DNA of 64,000 nucleotides from an uncultured Armatimonadales bacterium. Its GTDB lineage: Bacteria; Armatimonadota; Armatimonadia; Armatimonadales; Capsulimonadaceae. Positions 45,248 through 54,307 of this stretch are shown in pieces. The first letter of the stretch is position 1, and every line of letters starts with the position of its first letter. The DNA lies in assembly GCA_964243345.1 (NCBI GenBank), contig CAXTER010000010.1:12441-76440 (forward strand). Reading direction: 5' to 3'. A program made the translations under genes and the position numbers. Under the pieces are notes generated by a model. It made no database searches and was not told where the DNA came from. It worked only from the letters and a program-made list of their open reading frames with translations.

Positions 45248-46486
45248 CTAGACAAATTTCAGGTCTTCGTAGCGCTTGCCTAAGACAATCTCGCTGTTGG
45301 TTCCGAGCCAGCGGTCCAGCACCGTCGCATAGACGGCCCGGAAGTCGGTGGTGTACTTTAAGTCTCCCGCGTCTAAATCCGCGAGACTCGGATACTGGCC
45401 GTACAGGCCGCCTTTGACCGGCTTGCCGAGAATGAACATCTCTGACGCCGTGCCGTGGTCCGTGCCGCCGTTTGCGTTTTCGTGGACGCGCCGCCCGAAC
45501 TCGGAGAACGCCAGTGTCAGCACATGGTCGCCCGCGCCCATGCCTTCGAGATCGGTCTGGAACGCCAGCAGGGTATCGGAAACGTCCTGCCAAAGCAGGT
45601 CATGGCGGCGAATCTGCTGGGCGTGCGTGTCGAAGCCGCCGGTCGAGATGTAGTAAACGCGCGTTCCTAAGTTCGCGGCGATCAACTGGGCGATCTCCTG
45701 CATTCCTTTTCCAAAGGCGGAAGGCGGGTACTGCACCGAAGAATGGTACTGCTTGATGCCCGCCGAAATCTTGTCGGCGCTGTCGTAAGTTTCGGCGGCC
45801 GTGTCCTGGAAGAACTTGCCGTAAGGCGTGTTAGAGTCGCCCATCTGGACCTGCTTCAGCGCGGCGGTGCGGGCCTGACCTTCGGCGTTGCCGGGGAAAA
45901 CGACCCCAAAGTTTGCGAGGCCCTGAATGCTCGGCACGGCCGCGTGAGCGTTGGTGAACGCTTCGCTGGCTTCGTTGCCGATGTTGATTCCAGTTAGGGG
46001 CGAGGTGCGCCCGCTGCGGATCGCGTCCAAGTAGCGCCCGACCCAGCCTTCGGTTCCCAGCTTTTCCGGCTCGGCGGTCTGCCAGATTTCCATAGAGCGG
46101 AAATGGCTGTGGTTCGGGTTCGGGTAGCCTGCGCCCTGCACAATTGCCAGCCGGCCTTGATCGTAGAGGGTCTTCATGCCGCCCATCACCGGGCTGAGGC
46201 CGATGGTGTCGGTCAAATGCAGCACCTTGTCGGCATTATGGGCCAGCACAGGCCGGGCGCTTTTGTAAATCGAGTTTGAGTAAGGGACAACCGTGTTGAG
46301 GCCGTCATTGCCGCCAGTCAACTGAATGACGACCAAAGAACGGCCCGCTGCCTGGCCGCTGGCCGCAAGCGCGTTGTCGGCGACAGAGTCAGCCCACACC
46401 ATTTTGGCGAGCCAGGGCGGAACGGCAAGTCCGACGGCAACGGTGGTGGCGCTTTTTTTGATAAAATCTCGGCGTGTGACTGGCAT
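45248..46486 (-). CDS. DUF1501-domain protein (sulfatase-like fold, TAT-exported)
   Basis: MPVTRRDFIKKSATTVAVG TAT leader. Motifs GGFDTHAQQ and NANGGTDHGTA. Confidence 0.85.
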   Translation of the reverse strand: MPVTRRDFIKKSATTVAVGLAVPPWLAKMVWADSVADNALAASGQAAGRSLVVIQLTGGNDGLNTVVPYSNSIYKSARPVLAHNADKVLHLTDTIGLSPVMGGMKTLYDQGRLAIVQGAGYPNPNHSHFRSMEIWQTAEPEKLGTEGWVGRYLDAIRSGRTSPLTGINIGNEASEAFTNAHAAVPSIQGLANFGVVFPGNAEGQARTAALKQVQMGDSNTPYGKFFQDTAAETYDSADKISAGIKQYHSSVQYPPSAFGKGMQEIAQLIAANLGTRVYYISTGGFDTHAQQIRRHDLLWQDVSDTLLAFQTDLEGMGAGDHVLTLAFSEFGRRVHENANGGTDHGTASEMFILGKPVKGGLYGQYPSLADLDAGDLKYTTDFRAVYATVLDRWLGTNSEIVLGKRYEDLKFV

Positions 46487-46525
46487 AATATGGCTCCTAT
46501 TGAGAAAACAGAGTTGTTTAGCATT

Positions 46526-46688
46526 GGCCCAGGATTAAAATCCTGGGCTGGAGGGCGCTTCGCGCCGGCTGTCCTGTGGACAGAAGATGCCAACTGCGAG
46601 ATTATCTTCTTGTCCGCAGGACAATCAGCCGCAGGCTCTTCAGCCCAGGATTTCAATCCTGGGCCTCACGGGATTTCAATCCTGGGCC
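46526..46688. repeat. Composite palindromic element E4 in the DUF1800-DUF1501 intercistronic gap
   Basis: Hairpin unit GCCCAGGATT(A/T)(A/C)AATCCTGGGC at 46526-48 and 46643-64, plus a 19-nt direct duplicate at 46670-88. Inner inverted hairpins CTGTCCTGTGGACAG and TGTCCGCAGGACA. Confidence 0.8.
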
Positions 46689-46690
46689 TT

Positions 46691-48280
46691 TCAGCACACC
46701 TGGTATTCAGGCGTCGCCATGACCAGTGGGATCACGGCGCGGAGGCGGCCTTCCAGGCCGCCGGGGGCAAGGTTTCGTGTTCGGGCATACGGATCACCCT
46801 GAGCGCGGCGTCCGCGCCCAAACTTGCCGGGGACAAACTGCGTGTTTTGGAGCATTGGCGCTGGGGCTGCCGGGTTGGCCGAGTCAGTGCTGTTCACAAA
46901 ATCCACTAAAGTCTGGCGCGTGGCGGGCGAGAGGGGCAGCGGGCCGAGCGTGTCAATTAAATAATCTACCCAGGCTTCCGGCGAAAGCGAGTTCTGCTGC
47001 AAGTAATCCGTCACGCGGATTAGCTGCCCGCCAAACATTTGGCGCGAATTGGACAGCGCATTGGCAAAGTTAATCCGGGCCAGCAGCGTAGACGTGTTAA
47101 TCCAGGCTTCGCCGCCGTCCCAGCCTTTCACGGTCGGCGGGGCGAGCAGGTCCTGGCCCATGTTCCGCATTGCGCCGGGCAGGCCCGCTAAAATTGCCAG
47201 CTTGCGGCCCGCCGCCTGCTGCGCCGTTACGGCAGGCGCGGCGAGGTTCGGCATGGCCGGAACCGGCGCGGCAGGCATGGTGGTTGACGCCGGCATATAC
47301 GCCATTTCATTGGCGGGTGTGATGTCTGAGAGCGCAAGCTCGACGGCTTTGTCTAAGCCCAGCATCTTGACGCTGCCGACCACATACTGCGCCGGAGACT
47401 TGATCACCGCGAACCGCGCTTTGTCCGAATAAAATGCTTTAGAGCGTAAAATGCGGCTCATCACGGCGCGAATATCGTAGCCGCTGGCGTAATAAGTCTG
47501 CGTCAGCGCGGCCAGCACCTGTGGCTCCGGGTCTGGGTACGCAAAATACTCCCAAAGCTGGGTGCAGAGGCGCTTAGCGGTCGCCGGGTGGGCGACCAAA
47601 ATGTCTACAATGTCGTCGCCGTTCCAGTTGCCGGTCTTGCCTAAGAATGTCTTCGGGTCATTGTCGTGCTGGTTTGGGTTAAAGCGGAAGTCCCCGCCCC
47701 GAAGGTTCCAGCCGGAAAATGCCCGTGCGGCGGCTTTCACATCATCTTCGGTGTAGTTGCCGATGCCGCAGGTATAGAGCTCCATCAGCTCGCGGCCATA
47801 GTTTTCATTCGGATGCGCTTTGTAATTGGTGTTGCCGTTCAAGTAGCGCAGCATTTCGGGGTCACGCGAAACGGCCAAAGTCAGCGTGCGGAAGTTGCCG
47901 AGGGCATTGGCCCGAAACATTTGGTTCTGCCGGTACAGCAGATCGCCCTGCATCCCGCCGTCTTTGGACGTGAAATGCCCGTGCCAGAACAGGGTCATCT
48001 TTTCCTGGAGCGAACGCGGCGACGCGACCATCCGGTGAACCCACCACATCTTAACGGCCTGCACAGGTGTGCCGCCGTTGTTTGGCGTCGGCAGCAGAGC
48101 GGCCAGGCCGTTCAGTGTGCGCGTGTCGTCCAAATGCTCCGGCACGGCTTCCGGGTGCAGCAGCGTTTCAGTTGTGGCGTCTAAGCCTGCCGCCGCCGCT
48201 GCTTTAATTTCCGCCGGGTCTGCCCCAAAGCCCGCCCGCCGCAGCAGATGGGCCGTATCAATGTAAGTTTGATCCAACAT
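46691..48280 (-). CDS. DUF1800-domain protein
   Basis: HLLRRAGFG motif near the N-terminus. ATG at 48280 (the tracked ORF extends to GTG 48316). Classic partner of DUF1501. Confidence 0.8.
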   Translation of the reverse strand: MLDQTYIDTAHLLRRAGFGADPAEIKAAAAAGLDATTETLLHPEAVPEHLDDTRTLNGLAALLPTPNNGGTPVQAVKMWWVHRMVASPRSLQEKMTLFWHGHFTSKDGGMQGDLLYRQNQMFRANALGNFRTLTLAVSRDPEMLRYLNGNTNYKAHPNENYGRELMELYTCGIGNYTEDDVKAAARAFSGWNLRGGDFRFNPNQHDNDPKTFLGKTGNWNGDDIVDILVAHPATAKRLCTQLWEYFAYPDPEPQVLAALTQTYYASGYDIRAVMSRILRSKAFYSDKARFAVIKSPAQYVVGSVKMLGLDKAVELALSDITPANEMAYMPASTTMPAAPVPAMPNLAAPAVTAQQAAGRKLAILAGLPGAMRNMGQDLLAPPTVKGWDGGEAWINTSTLLARINFANALSNSRQMFGGQLIRVTDYLQQNSLSPEAWVDYLIDTLGPLPLSPATRQTLVDFVNSTDSANPAAPAPMLQNTQFVPGKFGRGRRAQGDPYARTRNLAPGGLEGRLRAVIPLVMATPEYQVC

Positions 48281-48322
48281 AGCCGTGCAGACGCAAGTGG
48301 TAAACGAAAAGTTCACAAAGAT

Positions 48323-48352
48323 TGCAGAAGAAACTTTTGCAGAAGAAACTTT
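48323..48352. repeat. Perfect 15-bp tandem direct repeat in a divergent promoter region
   Basis: TGCAGAAGAAACTTT occurs twice, head to tail. Confidence 0.85.
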
Positions 48353-48462
48353 GGGAAAGTTTGTTCAGGAACTTCGCTGAGGCGTGCGCCGTTCTTGGGG
48401 TAAGCGAACGCATCTTTGTTCACGCTCCTATCCGCTCACGCTTTAGAAGGTATACTCAGGTT

Positions 48463-49533
48463 ATGGAAACTTTGACACTCGCCCGCACTGCTGCAAATGG
48501 AACCGAGGCCGACCCGCCGGCGCAGAGCTTTGGGCAGGAAACCGACCTGTCCCTGCGCGTCCGCCGCATTGACCCTAAACTTGATTTGGAAGCCGAGATT
48601 GTGCGCCTTAAGGCCGAGCGGAACGCGGTCATTCTGGCCCACTACTACCAGGATGCCGACATCCAGGACTTAGCGGACCATGTCGGCGACAGCCTCGCGC
48701 TGGCCCAGGCGGCGGCGGCCACCGATGCTGATACGATTGTGTTCTGCGGCGTCCATTTCATGGCTGAGACCGCAAAAATCTTAAACCCCGACAAGCTGGT
48801 CCTGCTGCCGGATTTAGACGCCGGCTGCTCTCTCGCCGACCGCTGCCCCGCCGATGTGTATGCCGATTGGCTGAAGCAGTATCCCGGTCACACGGTCATC
48901 AACTATATTAACTCATCGGCAGCCGTCAAAGCCCTGTCTGACATTATCGTCACGTCGTCCAACGCCGTTTCCATTGTGGAGCAATTGCCGAAAGACGAGA
49001 AAATTGTCTTTGGCCCTGACCGGCATTTAGGCAAATGGGTCGAAAAGCAGACCGGGCGCGAGATGGTCCTCTGGCCTGGCTTCTGCATTGTCCATGAGCA
49101 GTTCAGCGCCCGCAAGCTGGCAGGGCTTCGCGCATCCTACCCGGACGCCCAGCTTATTGCCCACCCGGAATGCGAGGAAGCGGTCTTAGATCAGGCCGAC
49201 TTTATCGGCTCGACTTTGGCGCTTCTCAAATACGTTCAAACGCACCCGGAGCAGACACAGTTCATTGTCGCCACCGAAGTCGGCATCCTGCATCAGATGA
49301 AGCAAAGCCGCCCGGACGCCGAGTTTCTCTGCTCCCCGCCCAATTCCGGCTGCGACTGCGCGTCCTGCCCGTACATGCGCCTGAACACATTAGAAAAGCT
49401 TTATTTGTGCCTGCGTGATGGCCGCCCGGAAATCACCATGCCTGAAGAGGTCCGTGTCCGCGCCCTGCGCCCGGTTCAGCGGATGCTGGACATGAGCAAG
49501 AAGCTGTCGTTCGTCCAGCAAAAGGGCGATTAA
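48463..49533 (+). CDS. nadA: Quinolinate synthase
   Basis: [24 protein letters not shown], and the cysteine ligand region [22 protein letters not shown] ends 8 nt before the ATG. Confidence 0.9.
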   Translation: METLTLARTAANGTEADPPAQSFGQETDLSLRVRRIDPKLDLEAEIVRLKAERNAVILAHYYQDADIQDLADHVGDSLALAQAAAATDADTIVFCGVHFMAETAKILNPDKLVLLPDLDAGCSLADRCPADVYADWLKQYPGHTVINYINSSAAVKALSDIIVTSSNAVSIVEQLPKDEKIVFGPDRHLGKWVEKQTGREMVLWPGFCIVHEQFSARKLAGLRASYPDAQLIAHPECEEAVLDQADFIGSTLALLKYVQTHPEQTQFIVATEVGILHQMKQSRPDAEFLCSPPNSGCDCASCPYMRLNTLEKLYLCLRDGRPEITMPEEVRVRALRPVQRMLDMSKKLSFVQQKGD

Positions 49534-49548
49534 GACCAAGCAGACGCC

Positions 49549-49731
49549 GAGGAGCGTGGGAGTGAACTCCTACGCTGTGGGCGAAGCGCCTAATGTCCGC
49601 CTGCGCGGAAAAGGAGCAGAACGGTAAGACCGTGAATACTATCTCATTTGTGAATACTGTCTTATTCCATGTCCGCGCAGGCGGACACTAGGCGTCTGCG
49701 CCCGCAGCGCAGGAGTTCACTCCCACGCTCC
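49549..49731. repeat. Nested palindromic element E5 (TIR family A)
   Basis: Arms GAGGAGCGTGGGAGTGAACTCCTACGCTG and CAGCGCAGGAGTTCACTCCCACGCTCC. Mirrored inner hairpins GTCCGCCTGCGCGGA and GTCCGCGCAGGCGGAC. The centre has GTGAATACT twice. Confidence 0.9.
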
Positions 49732-49747
49732 TTTTGCCTGAGAATCT

Positions 49748-50659
49748 ATGACAACAACTAATCAGCCCCTGCTTGGTGAAGCCATTGAGACGCCCATCCC
49801 TGCGCTTTTGAAGCCGCTGCTCGGCGCACACATGCCGACAGCGGGCGGGCCGCACAACGCCATCACCGACGGCGTTGCGATTGGCTGCCATGCCGTGCAG
49901 ATCTTCACGGCCAGCCCGCGCCAGTGGCGTGCGCCGTCCATCAAGCCCGAAGTCGCGGAAAAGTTTAAAGAAGTTGTCGCCGAAAACAAGATCACCAAAA
50001 CCGTCGCGCATGATTCGTACTTAATCAACCTTGCCGCCGAGCCGGGCAGCGACGTATTAGAAAAGTCGCGGGCGGCATTTCGGGCTGAAATTGAGCGTTC
50101 CGAAGCGCTCGGCGTCAATTTTCTGGTTTCGCATCCCGGCGCACACGGCGGGGCGGGAGAAGACATCGGCATTGCCCGGCTGATTGACAGCCTCAACAGC
50201 ATTCACGAGCAGACGGCAGGTGCAAAAGTGCGAGTTGCGTTAGAAACCACGGCAGGGCAGGGGACCTATTTAGGAGGCAAATTTGAGCAGCTCGCCGCCA
50301 TTATCAATGGCGTCCAGAACCCGGAGCGCCTTGCTGTCTGCCTTGATACCTGCCATATCTTCGCGGCAGGCTACGACATCCGCACTCCTGAAACTTACGC
50401 CGAAACCATGCGCCAATTTGACGAGATTATCGGCCTGAAGTGGCTGCAAGTGATCCATGCCAACGACTCGCAAAAAGCCTTCGGCAGCCATGCCGACCGC
50501 CACGCCCATATCGGCGAAGGCGAAATCGGTTTAGAAGCCTTCCGCCTGCTGGTCAACGATCCGCGTCTCGCCGGCCTGCCGATGATCGTCGAAACCCCCG
50601 ACAGCGACACCATGCACGAAGTCAACATCCAGCGCCTGCATGATTTGATTGCCGGCTAA
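49748..50659 (+). CDS. nfo: Endonuclease IV (AP endonuclease family 2)
   Basis: Motifs: HDSYLINLA, ETTAGQG, CLDTCHIFAAGYD, HANDS, HAHIGEGEIG. Confidence 0.9.
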   Translation: MTTTNQPLLGEAIETPIPALLKPLLGAHMPTAGGPHNAITDGVAIGCHAVQIFTASPRQWRAPSIKPEVAEKFKEVVAENKITKTVAHDSYLINLAAEPGSDVLEKSRAAFRAEIERSEALGVNFLVSHPGAHGGAGEDIGIARLIDSLNSIHEQTAGAKVRVALETTAGQGTYLGGKFEQLAAIINGVQNPERLAVCLDTCHIFAAGYDIRTPETYAETMRQFDEIIGLKWLQVIHANDSQKAFGSHADRHAHIGEGEIGLEAFRLLVNDPRLAGLPMIVETPDSDTMHEVNIQRLHDLIAG

Positions 50660-50684
50660 CGCCGCACTTTAGAAAAAGAGGCTG

Positions 50685-51104
50685 ATGGCAATGTGTCTGT
50701 TGACAAAAGATTATTTTGTTCAAAACAAATGGCTTGCGCTGATTGGGGTAGTTTCAGGCATTGCTTTCTCTGCAATGCTGTTGCGCTGGCCGCTCGAACC
50801 TTTCGCTCCAGTCTTTGGGCTTTATTTGCTTAGCTTTCCTTATGTTGTCAAGACGCCGACAGAGCGGTTGTTGAGAAAGACTTTAATTGGGCTATACCTC
50901 AGCTTCGCTCTCGTGTACGGTGGCAAATTTCTTCCGCCTCTTGCCTGGCTTGGTTTCATTGGCAGCTCGGTCCTGGGCGCGGTAGTTGTCTGCCTGCGTT
51001 ACAATCCGCCTGCCGTGAAGTTAGGAACTGGCACTGGAAGTGCCGGTCTACTATCGAGTGAAAGTGTCCCCAATACTGAAGGGCAGAATGCTGACGGCAT
51101 TTAG
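50685..51104 (+). CDS. Hypothetical 4-TM membrane protein
   Basis: 139-aa ORF in a lower-GC stretch. No recognisable motif. Confidence 0.45.
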   Translation: MAMCLLTKDYFVQNKWLALIGVVSGIAFSAMLLRWPLEPFAPVFGLYLLSFPYVVKTPTERLLRKTLIGLYLSFALVYGGKFLPPLAWLGFIGSSVLGAVVVCLRYNPPAVKLGTGTGSAGLLSSESVPNTEGQNADGI

Positions 51105-51222
51105 TCCCGCAGGGACTTCCATTCCAGAGTAGATCGGCACTTCCAGTGCCAGGTTCTCTTGAGAATGCAACCTTTTCCGAAACCACGTGTCATACCAAGC
51201 AGTACCTACTGATTGAGAAAGG

Positions 51223-51543
51223 TTGGAATGGAAGGCGTTTATGAACAATTCACCTAATCTTGCGCCGGGCCTTGTTGACGGCATTATTGTTATTTACGTC
51301 TTCTTTATCCTGCTTGCACTTGCCTCCGCTGTTTTCTGGATTGTCGAGATTGTTGATGTCGCCCGGCGTGAGTTTCCGCAGCCGAACATGAAAATCGTTT
51401 GGCTGCTAGTGGTGTTTTTCCTGCACGGCCTCGGCGCGATTATTTATTACTTCGTCGGCAAGCCGACAGGCTGGCTGCCCGGACAAGCGCCGCCGTCCGG
51501 CTATCCGCCAAATTATCCGCCCAACTACCCGCCGAGACAGTAG
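51223..51543 (+). CDS. PLDc_N-domain small membrane protein
   Basis: WIVEIVDVARREF...KIVWLLVVFFLHGLGAIIYYFVGKP pattern with a PPNYPPNYPP tail. Confidence 0.65.
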   Translation: MEWKAFMNNSPNLAPGLVDGIIVIYVFFILLALASAVFWIVEIVDVARREFPQPNMKIVWLLVVFFLHGLGAIIYYFVGKPTGWLPGQAPPSGYPPNYPPNYPPRQ

Positions 51544-51563
51544 CGAAGGTGTGAAAAGGCGAC

Positions 51564-51731
51564 GTGAAGGAACGAGGGCGTGAACGCCTTCGCAGGGGGG
51601 CGCGGATGCTGAGGTCCCGCCTGCGCGGGACAAGATTTCGGATTACGCTCTTCTTCCACTCTTCTGCCACATAGGTGGCGTCTCGGCGCTTCACCCCCCC
51701 AGCGAGGGCGTTCACGCCCTCATTCCTTCAC
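51564..51731. repeat. Nested palindromic element E6
   Basis: 37-nt arms GTGAAGGAACGAGGGCGTGAACGCCTTCGCAGGGGGG and CCCCCCCAGCGAGGGCGTTCACGCCCTCATTCCTTCAC. Inner hairpins GTCCCGCCTGCGCGGGAC and GCCACATAGGTGGC. Confidence 0.85.
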
Positions 51732-51821
51732 GCCCTTCTTTTTACTCTTTTCTTTACGCCCTCTCCCGCCCACAGCAAAAACCATGCAGGAATAAAGAGT
51801 GTCCAGGCTTAACGGAAAAGC

Positions 51822-54266
51822 GTGACTCTCCAAGTTCCCGAAATACCAGACGAAACCTCAACTGAAACTGCCCCGGACGCGCCGCCGGGGCTGACCCGGC
51901 TGCAAATCCAGCGCGGCCTGCGGCTGTCTACTTTGGAAGGCTGCATGGCCTCCGCGCAGGGCCAGCTTACGGGCGGCGCGTTCCAGACCGGCTTTGCTCT
52001 GTTTCTGGGGTGCAGCGCGTTCTGGCTAGGCGCTCTGGGTGGCATCCCGGCGTTTGCCGGTCTGGTGCAGCTTTTTTCGTCGTTTTTGGCCCAGCGCTAC
52101 GGCGAGCGCAAACAGCTTATTGCCTGGTTTTCGACAATCAGCCGCCTGCTTTGGGTGCCGATGCTGCTCATCCCGTTCGTGCTGCCAAAGACACTCTGGG
52201 TCGGGGCGTTTCTGCTGCTGACACTTCTTTCCGCCCTCTGCATGAATGTCGCCGCGCCGCTGTGGACCGCGTGGATTACCGATGTCGTCCCGGAAGGCAG
52301 CCGGGGCCGGTACTTTGGGCAGCGCAATATGTACGCCGGCTGGGTGGGGCTGGTCGTGCCGATTTTGGGCGGCTACTTTCTGGACTCGGCCACGAAGCGC
52401 CATGCAGGAAGCGTACCGGAAGCGTTTGCAGTTCTGTTTGTGGTCGCAAGCGTCTTTGCGCTGGGGTCGTTCGGGCTGATTTTGCGAAGTCCCGATGTGC
52501 CGCAAATGAAGCCCAGCGCGGGCGGAAAGGCGGTCGATGCGCTCGCCTACTACAAAGCGCCGTTTGCCGACCCCAATTTCCGCCGCGTCATGGCATTTCT
52601 CGCGGCAATGGTGGTGGGGCAGTCCGTTGCCGGGCAATTTTTCACAGTCTACCAGCTCCAATACCTGCACCTGAACTACACGGCGTTCCAGCTTTTAACT
52701 GCCGTGGCGACTTTGGCGTCGCTGGCAAGTATGCCGCTGTGGGGGTATTTGGCCGACAAGTATGGCAACAAGCCAGTTCTGATGATCAGCTCCGGCCTGG
52801 TTCTCGTGCCGCCGCTTTTGTGGATACTCGCCGCGCCTGACGGCATCTCTGGCCTCTGGGCCTATGACAGCGCGGGCGGGCTGCATATTTCCGTCACCAA
52901 GCTGATCGTCGTGACGCTGAACTTGTTTTCCGGCCTCGGCTGGGCAGGCGTCGGGCTGACCCAGTTCAATCTGATGATCGGCTCGTCGCCACCCGAAAAG
53001 CGTACTGTGTATGTCAGCGCGATTGCCGCGATTTCGGGCCTTGCGGGTGGAGTAGCCCCGCTTGTGGGCGGAGCGCTAATGGTGGCGTTCGGCCATCTAT
53101 CGTTTCCAGACCACGGCTACATTCGCAGCAATTATCATCTGCTGTTTGTCCTGGCAACTTTGCTGCGCGGCGCGGCGGTGCTGCTGGTTCGGCCAATCCG
53201 GGAAGACGGCAGCCACCGTACCGGCTATGTTCTGAAACAGCTTAAAGCGTCCAAGCCTATCGGCTCGTTTACGGGCATTCAAAAGCTCTCTAAAGCTGGA
53301 AGCTCGTCGGCGCGGGTGCAGGCTGCCGAGCATTTGGGCCGCCTGAAAACCCCGCTGGCCGTGGAAGAGCTGGTCCGCGCTTTGGATGATGTCGCGCTGC
53401 CGGTGCGGGAGCAGGCGGCGGCGGCGCTGGGCGAGATCGGCGACCCTCGCGCCACTCTGCCGCTGGTCGGCAAGCTGACCGATGCCACGTCCGGCATCAG
53501 CAGCACGGCGGCGACCGCTCTGGGGAAAATCGGCGATAAAGCCGCCCTGCCGGCCCTTGCCGCCGCCGCTCAGCTTGGCCCGCCCACCCGCCGGCTGGCC
53601 GCAATGGAGGCGCTTGGACGACTCCCGGACAGCTCGGTCACGGAAGTTTTGTCGGTTCTGCTGGCCGACCCCGACCAGAGCATTCGCACGGCGGCAATCC
53701 GGGCGCTGGCCGAGCGCGAAGACCCCGCCAGCCTGCCCGGTCTGCTAACCCAGCTTGAGCGCGAACAGGAGCCGTCTAACCTCGCCGTGCTTGCCGACGC
53801 TCTCGGACGCTTGGGCGAGCCTGAAGCCGCTTTGCCCCTGCTGAATGCGCTGGGCCGGTCTCAGTCGCCGACTGTCCGGCGCGAGATTTTAAACGCGGTC
53901 GGCAGCCTCGGCGGCGGGCGAGATGCGTTTTATCCCTATTTGGCTTTGGATTCGTATGCGCGGGACGAAACCGTCGGGAAGATTTTGCTCAATCTCAGCC
54001 GCCGCTACCGGACGCGGGCCTCTCAAAAGAAAGAAGCAAATGCGGCCCGGATCAGCATCTACGCCAAGCAGGCGCTGGCTGCTTATACGTCCGGCAACTT
54101 GGCCCGCTGCCTCAACCGTCTGGTGCGCCTCGCGGCTCAGACGCCTCCCGTTCCCGGTGTCCCGGCGCAGGCCATTTTGCAGGCACTAGAAAAGCAGTCC
54201 GGCCCGCCGGACACCGAAGAAGCACTGCTCGCGGTCTTCCTAGTGCGGCGGCTGACGGGGGGGTAG
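51822..54266 (+). CDS. MFS transporter fused to a C-terminal HEAT-repeat domain
   Basis: About 12 TM helices over ~470 aa, then repeated HEAT motifs (VREQAAAALGEIGDPRA, SSTAATALGKIGDKAA, IRTAAIRALAERED). GTG start. Confidence 0.8.
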   Translation: MTLQVPEIPDETSTETAPDAPPGLTRLQIQRGLRLSTLEGCMASAQGQLTGGAFQTGFALFLGCSAFWLGALGGIPAFAGLVQLFSSFLAQRYGERKQLIAWFSTISRLLWVPMLLIPFVLPKTLWVGAFLLLTLLSALCMNVAAPLWTAWITDVVPEGSRGRYFGQRNMYAGWVGLVVPILGGYFLDSATKRHAGSVPEAFAVLFVVASVFALGSFGLILRSPDVPQMKPSAGGKAVDALAYYKAPFADPNFRRVMAFLAAMVVGQSVAGQFFTVYQLQYLHLNYTAFQLLTAVATLASLASMPLWGYLADKYGNKPVLMISSGLVLVPPLLWILAAPDGISGLWAYDSAGGLHISVTKLIVVTLNLFSGLGWAGVGLTQFNLMIGSSPPEKRTVYVSAIAAISGLAGGVAPLVGGALMVAFGHLSFPDHGYIRSNYHLLFVLATLLRGAAVLLVRPIREDGSHRTGYVLKQLKASKPIGSFTGIQKLSKAGSSSARVQAAEHLGRLKTPLAVEELVRALDDVALPVREQAAAALGEIGDPRATLPLVGKLTDATSGISSTAATALGKIGDKAALPALAAAAQLGPPTRRLAAMEALGRLPDSSVTEVLSVLLADPDQSIRTAAIRALAEREDPASLPGLLTQLEREQEPSNLAVLADALGRLGEPEAALPLLNALGRSQSPTVRREILNAVGSLGGGRDAFYPYLALDSYARDETVGKILLNLSRRYRTRASQKKEANAARISIYAKQALAAYTSGNLARCLNRLVRLAAQTPPVPGVPAQAILQALEKQSGPPDTEEALLAVFLVRRLTGG

Positions 54267-54271
54267 GCAAG

Positions 54272-54306
54272 AACCCCCTTCGCCTCGTTCCTCGGCGGGA
54301 GGGGTT
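54272..54306. terminator. Hairpin between convergent genes
   Basis: GAACCCCCTTCGCC...GGCGGGAGGGGTTC imperfect 14-bp stem. No T-run. Confidence 0.45.
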
Positions 54307-54307
54307 C

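Noticed and set aside
46490-46909. Plus-strand ORFs across element E4 and the DUF1800 3' end.
   Set aside because: These are translations of palindromic repeat DNA and of the antisense strand of a well-supported gene.
48317-48462. NAD+ (nadA-motif) riboswitch upstream of nadA.
   Set aside because: I could not find the tandem bulged-stem domains or the conserved C-rich internal loop that I remember for that motif. The -10 box also sits almost on the start codon, leaving no leader.
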